Source of the DNA: Carcharhinus amblyrhynchos
Lineage: Eukaryota
DNA: 64,000 bases
Assembly: GCA_965287045.1 (NCBI GenBank)
Contig: OZ336897.1
Span: 25,482,001-25,546,000 of the forward strand
Direction: 5' to 3'
The stretch's first letter is position 1, and every line of letters starts with the position of its first letter. The notes under the pieces were generated by a model. The model saw only the letters and a list, made by a program, of their open reading frames with translations, was not told where the DNA came from and searched no databases. Shown here piece after piece: positions 36,144 to 50,986 of the stretch. Both the position numbers and the translations under genes were made by a program.

Positions 36144-38685
36144 ATAGGGAAGGGGAGGGCAAAAGAAAAGGCAAGTGACATTATTTTGCAAATTCCTTCT
36201 CGTAAGGGAGGAAATAAAAGGCTGTTACAAGTTTACCTATGTGACACACAAAAAAATGAAGAGAGGGAAGAGAAAAAAAGGACTGTGGATTTCAATGACT
36301 GTACAAGAACTTTAAAAAAAAACGCATTCAGAAACTCTCCTGTGTCGTTCAGAACAACTTGCTACTTATCATTTTTGTAACAAAAGGAAATTAGTCTTTT
36401 ATTTTGGTTTATTTTGTAAACTTTTGAGAAATATCGATATAAAGATAAGTGCATTTAAACAAGAATTTCAAAATTAGGAGGAAAGAAAGAAACATTTTCC
36501 AAATTATTATAAATTGTCCTGTGTCTATGTATCTATAGCTGTTTTGTATTTTTCCTGGTTTCAAACCAGTCTCCTCTGTGATTCTCTACTAATAATTTTG
36601 ATATAACCATTGCTTCTTATCAGATACGGTGTATCACGTAAATATGTTCTGCAAGAATTAAAACTGAATCCACTAAAAAAGTTAGACGAAAGGTTTTATC
36701 GACAGGATTGAAACTTAATGCTGGAAACGCACTTATAGTGTTAACTCATAAGACGTTTAATTTGGGGGAAATGGACTGCAGACCTGTATTAAATGATACA
36801 CACTTGTAATTTTAAAAAATCCATTGTTGAAAACTGGTTAATATTGACATGTTCGGGGGGCGGGGGGGGGGGAGGAGTACTTTGTGGGTATATTTCTGAA
36901 AGCAAAAATCTTTTATGTGTCCAAGACACAGTACAATTTTGTTTCATTAAATTTAAGAAATTTTTAGTGATCTGAATGTGGCTCCATTTAGTTCCTGTTG
37001 CAGTATAGAGTCCGACCAGGCTCCAAAAATTAAAAAAGCGCCTGTTTGTATATTTCCAGCCCATTTGTAACAATTATCAACCCATTGCCCTTTTAAAGGA
37101 AAAGTAATGCCACAATTTCTTTTCTTGGATTCAGCATGGAACTCTATGTCGGCACTTACTATTTGACATGTGGTTAATTAAGTATCTAGAGTTTACAAGT
37201 CGTGTATACAAGCTGAAGGTTTTTTTTAAGTGCAACATTTCTGTACTGTAAAGAGTTATGATCGGATTGTTTGGTCAGTCTTGTGTGTTATATTCAAGAA
37301 AAAAAATGAAAGTATTCGGAGATTATAATATTATTTGATATATGGAACTTTTTCGCTGTTACAACTGTATGTTCACCCAAGGGAAAAAAAAATCTCATTA
37401 CAATGGTCAAACATCGCAGTTTACTGGAGTCATTACAATTCGTGGATTATTTGTCTTATTTACTCAATATACCTGTATGGTTTACTACCACTGTCTGTAG
37501 TAGTGGACAAACCACATGCTCTTTCGATGAAAGGATAAACCGTGGACTCATGCTGCTCATTGTCTTTTGGGTTTAGCAGTGACACCTCAAAGATACAGTC
37601 AAAAAATCCCCAATACGAAACGCCGTTCCCCCTCCTCTTTTAAATTCAAAATGCCATAGGGATTTTGACCACCGACCCTTATTTAGTTCTAACTTAAGTG
37701 CCTGTGCAACCAATGTACATTAGACAGGTGTTAGGAAGCATGGATCATTATGTGTTTTAATGGTCAAGATTTTGTTTTGAAGCTTATTGTGTCTAAAGTT
37801 CACGCACAGAACACACTTAAACAAGCAATTGCTACTAGGAACAGTGTTGATTGTAAATAAAATATATTAAATGAGATTTATTCATAAAAAAGTATGTCTG
37901 GAAAAATGTGGTTGCCAATTTTTGTTATTGGAAGTTCTTCAAACTGAGGATGATGTGACTGACGTTTGATGTGTAGCACTATAAGTGAGCCTGATTTAAT
38001 GTATATACATATAAATTCATTTGAATTTTTATATATGGGAATAGACTGTGAGAGCATGGCCACAGGTCGCTAACACATTTTACATTTGTTACATACATGT
38101 AAATGTTGGATTGTATAGAGGATATACATTTTGGCGAATGTTTGCCTTCAGTGCTCCCATATACCCTTGTATTAAAAACAAAACAAAAAAAAAACAACAG
38201 AGCGAGCTGGTTTGAGTTGGCCAAGCCATTTGTTCTAAGCTTTTCTGGTAGTGCTGCTACCTACCTACACTGCAGTGTGAAAACTTGCATTTTGTCCCTT
38301 TTTTTAAAAAAAAGACAAAAAAAAACTTTTTTGTGTGTGTGGCTGTCCGGCCACATACTACATCATGTTGTGGTTACACACAAAAAGAATCATTTTGTAT
38401 AGTTGATGGAACAGTGATCTTTACCTGTTATAGAGACAGATCTGGACCAGAAATGATGTATGGTTGTGATTATTAACACGTTTGCAGCTGACCCACGTTT
38501 TTTTACTTCAGGGTATTGCTCCGCTGTTCTAACTTATAGATCGAGCCTTCTCAGATGTTTTTTTTATTGCAAGTAATATGTGTATGGAGTTACTCCGCCA
38601 GACTCCTGTTTGTGTTAGCTATTGTATACAGCGTTTTTGTTGTAAATTGTTATTGGTATTAAATTATAATTTATGGCTTTGAATC
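36144..38685 (+). other. NR2F2: Inferred NR2F2 3'UTR (end uncertain)
   Basis: AT-rich and free of interspersed repeats, with many TGTA motifs. Poly(A) signal candidates: AATAAA 37856-37861, ATTAAA ~38171, ATTAAA 38658-38663. Confidence 0.55.
37856..37861 (+). terminator. Candidate polyadenylation signal
   Basis: Canonical AATAAA immediately preceded by TGTA. Confidence 0.45.
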
Positions 38686-39173
38686 AAAGGCTCTCACTGT
38701 TTTATTCCCTATTTTCTTAATTTAAATATTGATAAGCGGGAGGCCTTGACCATAACCAGATATGATGCAGCATGGTATCTAAGAATCTCTGTACAGTAAA
38801 GTTTTTCAACTGCAGATCGCTTGATTGCCTATTCTACAATTTAGATTAGCCTAGTTTATAAATACTGATACCCTAAATCCGTCCCCACCCACCCCCCTCA
38901 CTCAAAAAGTTACCCCCCAATCTAGCTGCTTTAGAACAATGAAATTAACCCGGGGGTGAAACTGACAAAAGGGATTGAAATTGACGAGCTTGTCCTTTAA
39001 CTGGCGAGATCTGAGGCTGTTGAAATATGGTGACGCTCGCCCTGAAGTGTCCATTTATTTTTCCCGCGGCCTTTTTTTATCTGATCTTACCTCGCGTTTC
39101 TGTGCGAGGGGTTAAAAAGAAACCAGCCAAACATGATCTGCAAGCTTGTATGGCTCCGGCGTGCCGCCCCCCT

Positions 39174-39205
<32 letters not shown>

Positions 39206-42200
39206 AACACACTTTTTTTTCACAGAGAGTGGAGGGAGGTCTGTGCAATATGACTTCACTCGGCTCCCTCAGTAATCCAAGCGATCTCCCTTTAACCGCT
39301 AATGATCAAAATTGTGAGGGGTGAGGGGAGATCAGATCATGTTTTACAACGCGGCTTGGTGATATTTAAACTGCAACAATAACACACACACAAAAAAAAG
39401 CCCAATTAAGCGGATACAACTCAATATTACACCATCTGCACTGCACCAAATCCAGTGCGATTTCTGAAGGTTGCTTTAGAAAGGGACGCGGGTGGCGTTG
39501 TGTTAGAAAGTTTTTTTTTGTGTGTGTGCAGCCTTCCTCCTTGTGTGTTTAATGGGAGTTTTATTTTTTTCTTCTGGGGGAGGGGGATGGGGTGGGGTAG
39601 GTGGGGGTTTATTTGTAATCGGAGACGGAGCGTGTGAAAGAATGTGTTCAGTCGGCCGGGTTCTCAGTATCGCTGTTCGCAAACCCAACATGGCGGCGTG
39701 TAATATGCTGCTGTTTGCAGGCAAGCCCTAATAAGAAACACATTTCAAATCCCCCCCCAGCCCCCCCTTTTTTTGGTGCCATTTGTGTACAGAGCGGCTG
39801 CAATAAAACTATTAACAGCAGGATAGGTGTATCAGCCTTATCTATTTATTTATTCCTTTGCAATCGTAAACCAGAATGGTGGTGGGGGTTGTGTGAGAGA
39901 TGAGGAATCTCGGGTCTGGAAGTGTAGTTGTTTCTGGAGCCGACCAGATTTTTATTCCTCGCAGTCCTGGAGATATATGTATATATATAAAAGGCCCCGC
40001 GTTTCATGCGAACCCATTGTGGGTCTGGCATTTAAATATGCAAAAACAACACACACACACACACACACACATACACAAATCGCCTGCCTTTCAATTCAAT
40101 CGTCTGTTTTTTTTTTAACCAGGGTGCAGTGTATGGGCTTGTACACAGTACCGCAAAATAATAACGCATATTTGCATAGATAGTTGTCTCATGAATGATC
40201 TATTTACATTGCTGGACTCCCCACCGCCCCCCCCCCCAACTCCCCCCACCACCTCCCTGCAGAACGTGCTCCTCAATTTATCCGTCTCAAGTCTCCCTCT
40301 CTCACCGTCGCGAAGACTGAATGGGTTAAAATTCAGGCTTGTTCGGCTTTTAATGGTGCCAGGACAAAGCTAACCACAAACAACACAAAAAAACGCAAGT
40401 GTTCTGACAAAAGTCTGAATTGGCCGCGCCATCGACCTGAGGGGGGAGATGTATTAAACAGCTTCCGAGACGCAGAAACCTTCAGAATCTTTAAACTCCC
40501 TGTGAGCATTTATTTACTTAAAACTGGTCTGAAAAGTTCCCTCAAGATGATTCTGCACCCCTCTCCGCCTCCTCCTCCCCACCCCCCCAACCATTTTCTC
40601 GAATTTCAAAGCTTCCCTACTGTGTTGTTGGTCTAATTAATGGTGAGACGCAACTAAAGCTAATTACTCAATAATTTTAAAGTAGTTAATTCTGGGCGTT
40701 GGGTGTAACAGGATTCGAGGTTGCCGAAGACAAAGTTTGATCGTTATGTGTGGCTGTTAATCCCATCCGATATAAATGTATTTAATGGCTAGATTGTTAC
40801 TTAAAACTCAGACCATGAGAAGCCGGTGGAGTTATATATTTATATAGGGGTAGAAAACATAAAGCACAAAGCACAATATTGAAGAGATGTGATTTTTTGC
40901 AAAATTTGTGTTGTGCATCTTCCATTCATTTTAATGCCGCTTGCAACTCATAAGATGATTGTCACTACACTTGAAGGGACTAGGATCCAATTTTGCAGCA
41001 ATTTCTATCATGGTTCTAGGGGGCTGATTCCAGTTGACAACGCGTGTGCTTGGTTTGAACTCTATAATTTGCACTTATGTCCCCGTATTAGGAGCGTACA
41101 GCGAACTAATGAGCGCTTGCTTAGCCGAATGTCAGCTTTATTTATTTTCTTCTGCAAGAAAGTTTGAGAAAGAGCCGAGGGTTTGCACGCCGTCGCAGCG
41201 TTCCGTGGGTACAGCACCGGATAACTCCATGCACACACACATACATACACTATCCACACACTTTTGTCTTCAAGGAAGGAATATTTATTTTTTTAAAAAC
41301 AAGAAGGGAAATGTCATCTTGAATGGCGCAGCGTTCTGTCACTTATTGCACTGGTGAAATGGAAGTATAATCAATAATAGAACCGTGTAAGCATGAAACT
41401 GCGCACACACACATACTTTTAACTAGTCGGAGTATATGTTGACTTTAAAACGGTATGTAAAACATTGATATTGCGGCGGGAAACTGTCTGGATTTTAAAT
41501 AAAGTGCGATTCGCCATGAAACCCTGTTGCAGCGAGTGACAACACAGACAGACTTCAATACGTTACACACAAGGTTTTTTTTTCATTCCTCCCCCACCCC
41601 TCGCCAGGAGGTTGTTCATCGTAAGCAGTTTTTACCTTTTGAGGGAAGGTAATATAAATTTCTTGTCAAGAGAAGTGTTATTGATTACATTGTGAGCACA
41701 CGCGGATTTTTTTTATTGTTGCCTTCTGTGTAGAACATGTTGAAGTCTGGAGTAAGTTTTTTTTGCGGGGGGGGGGGGGGGGGTGCTGGAGGCGGTGTGG
41801 GGTATGAAGACATATTTAACCGGGAGACGCCAAACTGCATTATAAGAGGAATATTAGGCGCTCCTATTCCAGGCGTTTTATCTGGGCACTCAGACGCTAT
41901 CCCAGCTGAGGTGTGTGATTGAAAACGATTATCCTGTCATGCCAAAAAAATGCTGTTCATTCATTTCCATTTGAGATATATATATATATTCAGTTTGATA
42001 TGGCGAAGTAGGACAAACCGATTACTACTAACTTGCGCCTTTGATGCTTCGTTTCTAAGTTTCTGTAATTAGGCGCCCCACGCGCTTTCCAAAGTCATTT
42101 AATAAATGTCTATTAAAGCGCTACAAAAACGGGATAAATTTACTGTAGATGCCGCCTTACAGGAAATAAATGCTAATGATGGATTTACCACCAGGGATTC

Positions 42201-44179
42201 GCCTTCAGCTCAAGCCGGCTGATGTTCGGAGCCCAGTCCCACTAAAACTCAAAAGCTTCCACACTATTTATTTTCGGTTCAAATTGACATTTCTTGGGAG
42301 GGAGAATTAATTTATTGACAGCCCCGGCCGAATAATGTTGCCCTTCACCCACAATCTTTACTTCTGCCATTTTTCTTCATAAACGCGTGATTTGCGAATT
42401 CCTTTGTGCAAACTTTTACAGGCTTCATTGAGATGTCTATGTTCTGCATGTCTGTCAAGTTATCTCTATGCACACAAAGAGAATGCTTCTAAATGGACTT
42501 AGTGCTCAGCGTGTGTGCTCGCTAAATGTTAGAAAATTGTGCCATCTACCCGTTATTCACAGAATTGTCACTTAAGACCTACTTCGAGTTTCAACCACAA
42601 GTTAAACACGACAGGGAGAAGAATGATTGTAAGTGGGGGAAAAGGCTATATTATCTTAATGCCTGCACTCAGACAGAAGTTAACCCTGTTACTCAATTCT
42701 CTCCCCCCACCCCCACCCCTACGCCCCCTCCCCGTTTCTCATAATTACTAATCTTCACCTTATTAAAATCTGTCCTATGTTACCCACCTGTTAGACACAA
42801 GTCTCAAGATTTCGGAAGGTTCCCTGTCATGGTCACTGTTTGTGGGCCATGTCAATTTCCGCAGATGCCAATATTTGACCACACATAGAGGGCCAGAGAA
42901 AGAGGAAACACTGGCCTATTTTGCTCCAACTTTTATCATGGGACATCCCTGGCTTTGTAGCCTGGGGCCGGATCCTATCTGCAGAAATCAAGTCTGGTAT
43001 CATAGATGGTGGAAAAGTGTGGAGAAGGGATATGCAGAAATCGTGCACAACCCCACACACACATGGATGGGGATTCGTAGGCTGTGAGGGGGATTACATT
43101 GACTGCTCAACAAATAGGAAGTTAAAGAAACCATCCACACATTAGTAGAACGTGTTTGTCCGTTTCTTTGTTTTTTTGTGTGTGTTTATTTCCAGATATA
43201 TTTCTACTTCCATTTAATTGACGGGGAGGGAAACTCCATTATGGGGCGATTGCTATTAAACAGCTATACTCGTTTTTACAGGAACTGGTGTCAACACACA
43301 CTCACACACACACACACATGGGGGGAACAAGACATTACTAACGAAGCCAGTTTTGTAACTTTACTCTTGCGCCTATGGTTTGGCTGCAAACACAATTTGA
43401 GGACGCCGGGAGCCTCACCAACTAACTGCCCGGTATAGCCGCACGGTGCCTCCAAGTTTTAAATGAAATAACAGGGAGTTAATCATTAAATAGACACCCG
43501 GGTCTGGATGGGGACTTGCAAGCAGAGGATCATTTTCTGTCTGTTTATCATTGATGGGCGAGAGAGTGCGGATGCTTGGGAAATGTAACCTGGGCTGTTA
43601 ACAGAAGTCGCTGGTTGGTTTGCAGCTCCGTGCTAAAGATGAGGTTGATTATATCATTGCCACGCCGCATAAATGAGACGTCTGAGAGACCAGGATCAAC
43701 CATCGATCCCTTCCTATGTAACGAAAGGACGGGTTAACTTTCACTCATTAGCATGTCCCATTGCACGACAGCTAACACATCTGTTCCTTGCTTATTTTTA
43801 AAAAAAGCTTTCCCCCCATCACAAATAGCGAATCTTATCTACGTTCTCCCCCCTTTTTGTCTTTGGTGATTCGTAAACAGACACACACACATAAACAACA
43901 AGCCACCCAATCAATTTCCCCTTTATCTTCACTGATTTTTTTCTTAATTCCTCCCCCACCCGATTTCCCCCTCTTGTTGTTTACTATCTCCTTTTTTTGT
44001 TTTCTTTTCTGCCCCCTCCCCCTTTCCCCCCCCCCTCCCCCGTTTCTCCGCCGCCCAACTATATTTCGTCAACTTCTAATAACCCCGTTCCTCTCTCTCC
44101 ATCCCGGAGCCGTGGTGCATTTGTTTGTTCTGGGAAGTAGGCGAGATTTAGCCGACACCGAAGTGGCAAAGTTCAGAAT

Positions 44180-44358
44180 GAGGGAGAGGGAGAGGGAGAG
44201 GGAGAGAGAGAGAAAAAAACTCCAACCATGAACAAAAGGATGCCTAGGCTTGGAAACTATAGCAGGGATATGAAAACCGCAGTCTCGACTGGTGTATGTA
44301 TGCGTGTGTGCGTGTGTCTGTGTGTGTCTGCATGTGTGTGTGTGTGTGTGTGTGTGTG
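44180..44358. repeat. (GAGAGG)n/(GA)n and (TG)n simple repeats
   Basis: Read directly from the sequence. Confidence 0.9.
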
Positions 44359-47300
44359 GGTCTGCGTGGATTTTAAAGGTTCCTTTGAACTGCCTTTGTG
44401 CTGAGTGGGCGCTGCTTTTGCCAATGCAAGTCACGGTCGTACGAACTTTGTGTTAACCTCTTATGTCGAATGATTCTTTTCATTCGGAAAGCCATAAATC
44501 TCATTCCGTAACTCCTTTTGTGCGACACGCTACGACTTAGTAAGCCAAGTGTGCGTTCAACAACAACAGAAAGTGAAAAAAAACTAAAAAAAAAAGTTGC
44601 GACCGATATCAAAAAAAGTATAAACTTTTTTCAAAAAAAAAGCACAGATTCCAGTGTAAAGTGCGGAACTGGCTGCTCACAGGAAGGGGATCCTGGAAGC
44701 GATCGGACTGGAAGCGGAGCACACACATAACACAGTAAGCACGCTATTTTCTAAAAAGCTCCTTCAAGGTTTACAGGGGAGACGGTGATTTATCATTCCG
44801 AAACGGGTCATTATTTTGGTGAATTTCAAGTAGTTAGAACCTGCTGTGATTTGAGCCGAGTGGGTAGAAACGGAGCGAAGGGCTGAGGGGAGGGGGTGGG
44901 CAGGAGAGAGGGAGGGAGGGAAGGGGGTTATATATAGGAGAGAGAAAAATACATAAATAAATGGTCATTTGAAAAGGATACGAACTGAACAACGACACGC
45001 ACACGCAAAAAAAAGAATATTTTAGCTTAAGTTAATGTCGGACTGTCAGCATTTGGGGGTTGGTAGGGATGGGGTGGTGGGGGGGGGGAAGGGCCTGTAA
45101 ATATTGTGCATGCGCGAGAAAGAATGAGTGTGGAGAGAGAGAGAGAGAGAGAGAAAGTTTAATATTAAAGCATCTGGCCCGCTCAAAAGTGTCCGATTCC
45201 AAAATGGAAATGTCAGCAGTGCATTAAACAATGACTGGTCATTCCCGTACTGTGATGAGTTTGTGTGTGTTATACTTGTAAGTGAGTCCTACTTGATTGT
45301 CGGTTTGTTTTAGGGTTTTTTAAAATTTAAACCTTTATCAGTAAGTTCTCCGTGGCGACTGCCCGTTCCTTCTTGACGTTTGGGAACCTATTTCAATTCG
45401 CAGAACTTGTAGTCATAAAATGCTCTTTAAACAGCGTGTCGTGCATCCGTTGCGGCGTGAGGTATTGCAATTAGCATCAATGTTTTCTTTTCCCTCCCTT
45501 TCTCTTTCTCTCTGTTTCCTCCCCCCGCGCCCCCCCCCCCCACCGCCCACCCCCGCAACACACATCTCTCTTCACCTTTGCTTCCTTCCTCTTTTTTTTC
45601 CTACCTGCGAACGCTCCATTACTAATGCTTTCTCCCAATCGACTCTTGCAAACCCCCTACCTCCCCCCACCCCCCCGCACACACCACTCAACACACCCAC
45701 CTCACCACCCACCCCCGCCCTTGTTGAATCTTTCTATCACTCGGCATCATTGCGGGACAGCTGTGCTTATCACTACCGGTACAGGAGGATTCATTCGTCT
45801 TCGGCTGTTCCACTCAGAGTGTTATTAATTGCCTTTACAATGCTGGTGACTTTTAACTATTGAGAAAGTTGTGAATTAACGCGTTCCTGCAAATATTTCT
45901 AATTTGTCAACACTGATTGATTTGATGAGTACTCCAGTAGTCTAGATAATGTTGCAACTCGTAGACTGACCGGGTGACTGTGTGGCAGGCTGGTAGTGTC
46001 CTATTATGAAAAAACTTAATGACACAAATGTATTCTTTTTTTTGTGTTGTTAGTGGCATTATCAGCACAACCTTTTGATAAGGAACGATTGCATGGCTAA
46101 AATTTCCATCGTGCCATAATGTAAAATGCCAGTTTATTCGGTGCTCCTGTCTGTAACAGAGTGTTACAGTACAGTAGCTATGAATTTCGATATGCATTTG
46201 TTCACATAGACACTCACGCAGACCGTTCACACGACACCCATCTTGATCAATGTAAGTTCCTATATGTATATATTTTTTTAAAAAGGGACAAGAAAAAAAT
46301 ATCCTAGGTGTAGTATAGCAGCGTTGATGCTTGAATACGGCATGTAGAACACCTGGAAGTCAAGAGAATACTGTTAAACTTCGACCTCTGGTCCTTTGGT
46401 TTTTTTTCTGCTGGGATAAAGCCGGAGAGAGAGTGGTTTGAGTCGTCTCAAAGGATGGTTAAAAAGCCTGAAAGAATAGCACGCTCAGATGATGAACTTA
46501 CTGCCAGTGTTAAGCCTTTAAGCCCTTTGGCGCATTCTGACACATTGCTATTGGAAAACAGTAACCAAGATTTGCAAAGTTCTCTCATTCTATGAACACC
46601 CATTGTTTCATTTCATTTCCACCGCTTTCACTAGATTCTAGCCAACCTTATATAACATATATGTGTATGTATGGGTATAAAAAAATCAAACGCATCCATT
46701 TGGGCTCCTTATTCCTTCAGAGCTAAATGCAAGAAACTTTTAGCTCGCACGAATTTGGTTCATCTACTAGCTTAAGGAGAAACGAGCAGCAGGCTATTTT
46801 ATTTACCTTATCAACCTTCATATTAGGAGCACAAACGTGCTTGTGCGAGACAAACTTTCGACAGAAATTAAATTTAAATGGAAGTTGCAACCCCTATGAG
46901 ACCTTATATATATATATGAGGAATTCAATCTGCCGAGTATTGTCACCCGCCTTTAAATAGGTTGTATTTGTGTGCACGAAACCTTTGTCTGGATTTGGGA
47001 GCAACGCTTTTCAAGCAGACCTAGCGATAGTTCAGGGTCACTGGCAATTTACTGTCCCATTACTTGAAAGCATAGCCCCCCCACCCCTCCCAAACTATTC
47101 AAGAAATAAGAAAATTGGAACGGCTGCTAAATACTTACCTTGACGTTTTCCTCTCACACAACCCCGTTTAAGAATTCGGTTTATTTAAACGGAAATATAT
47201 TGAGGCACATCAGGCACATTGCACGTCCCCATTATGAATGGAATATTTTGCCATGTCACAAAGCATAACTCGCACAGAAAGCACCCCGGCAGCAAACATT

Positions 47301-50300
47301 TGGCGAGGCGTTTTAAAAGTAGGAATCCTTGCAAGAAAGATGACACAAAACGCTCTTTTAGCGACTTGCTAGTGCAATGGACTGCATTATATGTACTTCA
47401 TGTCTAAATGGCTGAATGACACATCTCAACAGTGAGGAGAAGTCGGCTCTGCTATCATGCACTGGTCTAAATAATGCCCTGATTGATCGAGGCAAATTTA
47501 TTTATTACTAACAGCATAACCTTAAATACATAACAACAGCCTGGAGGACTCATGTTCCTCCGAATAATCTGATTCGTTCTGTTCTTCCCTCGCTAAACGT
47601 GGTTTGAAAAGAATGTTACATTTCTGTCAATTGTCTTAGAAATCAACGCAAAAAGAATCCACACCTCAGAACCAGCAGAAAGTCTAAACTTCTAATATCA
47701 TTAGCTGGGGGAGACAGAATGAGGCATCATATGGCGATATAGTAAGTAGTTAATCCTTGCAGCATCTCCTCAAATTTGATTATTAAATCGGTGGCCAGCA
47801 ATAATTTATTTACAGAGTGACTCACACATCTTGTATATTGATGACATATCCTTCAACCACATCTGCTCGCTGCCTTCCAATAACACGCGGAATCTGTAAA
47901 ACATTTAGAAAAAAAAGTCACACCGAAGTCTTCGCAGATTTCATCTTTTGTAGATTGTATAATCTTCAGCTAAATCTTTGCCAAATTATGCAGAATATTT
48001 ATTAGAAAGCACACGCCAGGCCGTGTAAAGTGTGGAAGTAGATCTGCTGGTACCATGATGGTGGAATCACAATTAAAGTCGTTTCTTACTTCCACGTACT
48101 AATTGAAAATTGTATGTTAAGTGGGACAATCAAATGAGGCTGAAATGATATCTGCCGTTCTCCCGAATTATATAAAAAAAAGGCTTATGTTACAATGAAG
48201 TACCCAATTAATTTGGTACGTTTAACAGATATTATCCCTCCCTCCCCAAAAAACATCACCAACATAGCGTATCTAAATAACCATCGGGGTGCAGAATAAG
48301 AAACACACACAATCATTGAAATCATAGCATGCTCTTGCTGACTGGGAGTCCATCTAATACATTACTGTAGGGCAATACTTAAAACATTTAGCCTCCCAGT
48401 ATTACTTATCGCAGCTTCAGCTGGGCATGCTGACTTTGGAGCTCGGGCAGGGTACTATTTATGTGTTTGTTTGCAGTCATTTATTTAGCAATAAAACTCT
48501 GATTCGATTGTTAGGCGGATCAGTTTATTGTATCAATACTTCACCCAGGCACGATTTCTAAGCGATTAAAAAATGGCTGCTGTGTAGCAGGTTATCAACT
48601 GCCGCCATTCCGTGGACGCGGATAAGTGGGACTATTTATTGCGAGCCTTAATAAATAATTTCGGCTGGTATTGTTAAGTATTGCGATTAATCGTTTTTGG
48701 ATAACATTAGGAGGGGGGAAAAATAACTGCGTTGGGTTGAAAGTTGGTAGAATAACATGTTTCCGCCGAGCAGTTAAAACAATCTCATTTACTGGCTTTT
48801 ATAATATTGCTGATATATCGGGGAAATAGCCTGGGTGCGTTATTTGCTTTAATAAATTGCCCGCACTGGACAGCTAACCCAAGTGGACTGGCGTACATAG
48901 TCCCAACACAATCAATGATAGCGGAGATAGATTTACTATCCCCAGCGCACACTGATCTTAGATACTGCATGCATTAAATATTATCAAGTGGGATGATATT
49001 TGCACTATATATATATGATATACATACACTACGTATATCTGGAATATCTTTTGGATTGATCCGATACCTCCGCTCCTTTCCCAACGTGGCGTTCAATAGA
49101 CACACATACCTTAGTGCTTTGTGTGTTTGTGTGTGTGTGTGTGTGTGTATGTGCATGTTGTTTTTCTATATAATAAGGCCCTTTTTTTAAAATTCTGATT
49201 TTTTTCTCTCTCCCTCTCTCCCCGAAGATCCGACGATTAAAGCAAGCTGAGAGTGAGTAGATTAAATCGGATCTTGAGATTGGAATCCTGGCCTAGCACG
49301 TGACTCTGAACAATTGCATTTATTATAATATCAGAACAATCGAACATAGAGCAAGACTTATTAAAATATCCAACATACTGCCTTCATTTGAATGGAGACA
49401 GGACAAATTGCGGAGATCGGGTGCGACTATAATGCGCGATTAATACTGCACGTTATTACAGCGCATTGTTCAATATATTAATAAAGTAACATGCCTGCAT
49501 GTTTATGTTAGACCCAGATACGTGCCTGCTGTGGCACGGTACAAACTGGTGGTAGTCAGGAAATTTGCAACATATTTGCAGCAGCTTTAATAAGCAGTGC
49601 CACACTTTTACAGTTGGCATCTTCTGAAACGGGAAGGTGAGGGGGATTGATTTGTATAGCGGTGTATTTGATAAATATGTCTTCCCAAATGGGTTCAGTG
49701 TTACTTGCTGTTGCAGCCTGTCTCGAGGCAGTGATCCGCAAGCATCTTTGCAGTGGTCCCAAGTTGTTCAAATGCACCAGATTATTCCGTTGAATACTTT
49801 CCGAATTAGAAGTCTATTGCAGGGGCAAGTGTTCCTAAGCAAAAATTCATACTAGCGCGCGAAATCTATTCAAGATTTGCTGACTCAAACTGCAGTGAGA
49901 CTCGCATTAGTGCAACAAAGTGGCCTGATCAGTCTAATAAGGAACTGGACCAGAATCATTTCCTCCGAGATAAATAACATCTAAAAAGATGACCAGAAAG
50001 TAGTCCCGCCCTCTGTTCATCATTACCAATGTTTCCACACTCTCCCAACACTTAGACATGAATTCAAATACTCCTTTTCAATAAAACGATGGACGATGAT
50101 TTACAACCTGCACAGCCACGTCCGGCCAGATTTAATAAGTCCCCAACTTTAATAAGTGTCGATTTTGCAATGAATTCAGTTCCGCCTTTTTAATTTTCCA
50201 AATTGTCAAAAATAAAATCTCTTGATCCCGCAGTATGGAATATCACACGAATTGTTAGGAAACTCGATGCACACACACAAAAAGGCCTGACTTATATTCT

Positions 50301-50986
50301 CTATCTGGTATTTTAAAAATGACAAATGTCTTGTCAAATGTAGAAAATCTATTCCATCTGGATCTCCACAATTACTCATTCAGTGAAATGCGGCTGGAAA
50401 GGACTGACGGCGCGTCACATAAAATAAATTTGTAATGTAATAGCAAAAACGTAGGGATAATTTGCTGCTAATCGTTTTGTAGCATGGTGCCGGAGAGGAA
50501 ATCAGCTGGATAAAGAGTGAGACCGGGTTTGAAAAGAAGAGGAAAAAGTTTATAATTAGCATTGAGATATAAAGCATCATATTTTTTTAAAAAAAATCTT
50601 TATGTTGGAGTGCTATGTGTTTCTTGTTTAATAGTCCAGGGAGAGTTGGATAAGTGCCTGACCACTGAATTAATAATGGCTAGTTTCTAGGCTGCCTGTT
50701 CTGTTGGAGCCGGGTTTTATACTGTAATCATTAGCAGCCCCTCTGGCTACATGTTTTGCATCGGTGTAACACTATGACACAGTTGTAATACAAACTCCTC
50801 AGTCTTGCTTTGCATTTTGTGGCAGGAAGTTTAACAGCAGCAGAATTCACCCCTCACATTCTTGTCTAAAGGTAGTCATAAAAAAACAGCGACGGGCTAC
50901 AATAATCGTAGGCGAAAAAGAAAAAAAATGCTGATAATTTTGAGCAAGCATCTACATGTATCATCCTTGAGTTTGTTTGCAGGGAT

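Noticed and set aside
42826-43145. Overlapping 74-81-aa ORFs in a complex-looking segment
   Set aside because: No recognisable protein motif or convincing splice structure. A translated homology search would be needed to revive it.
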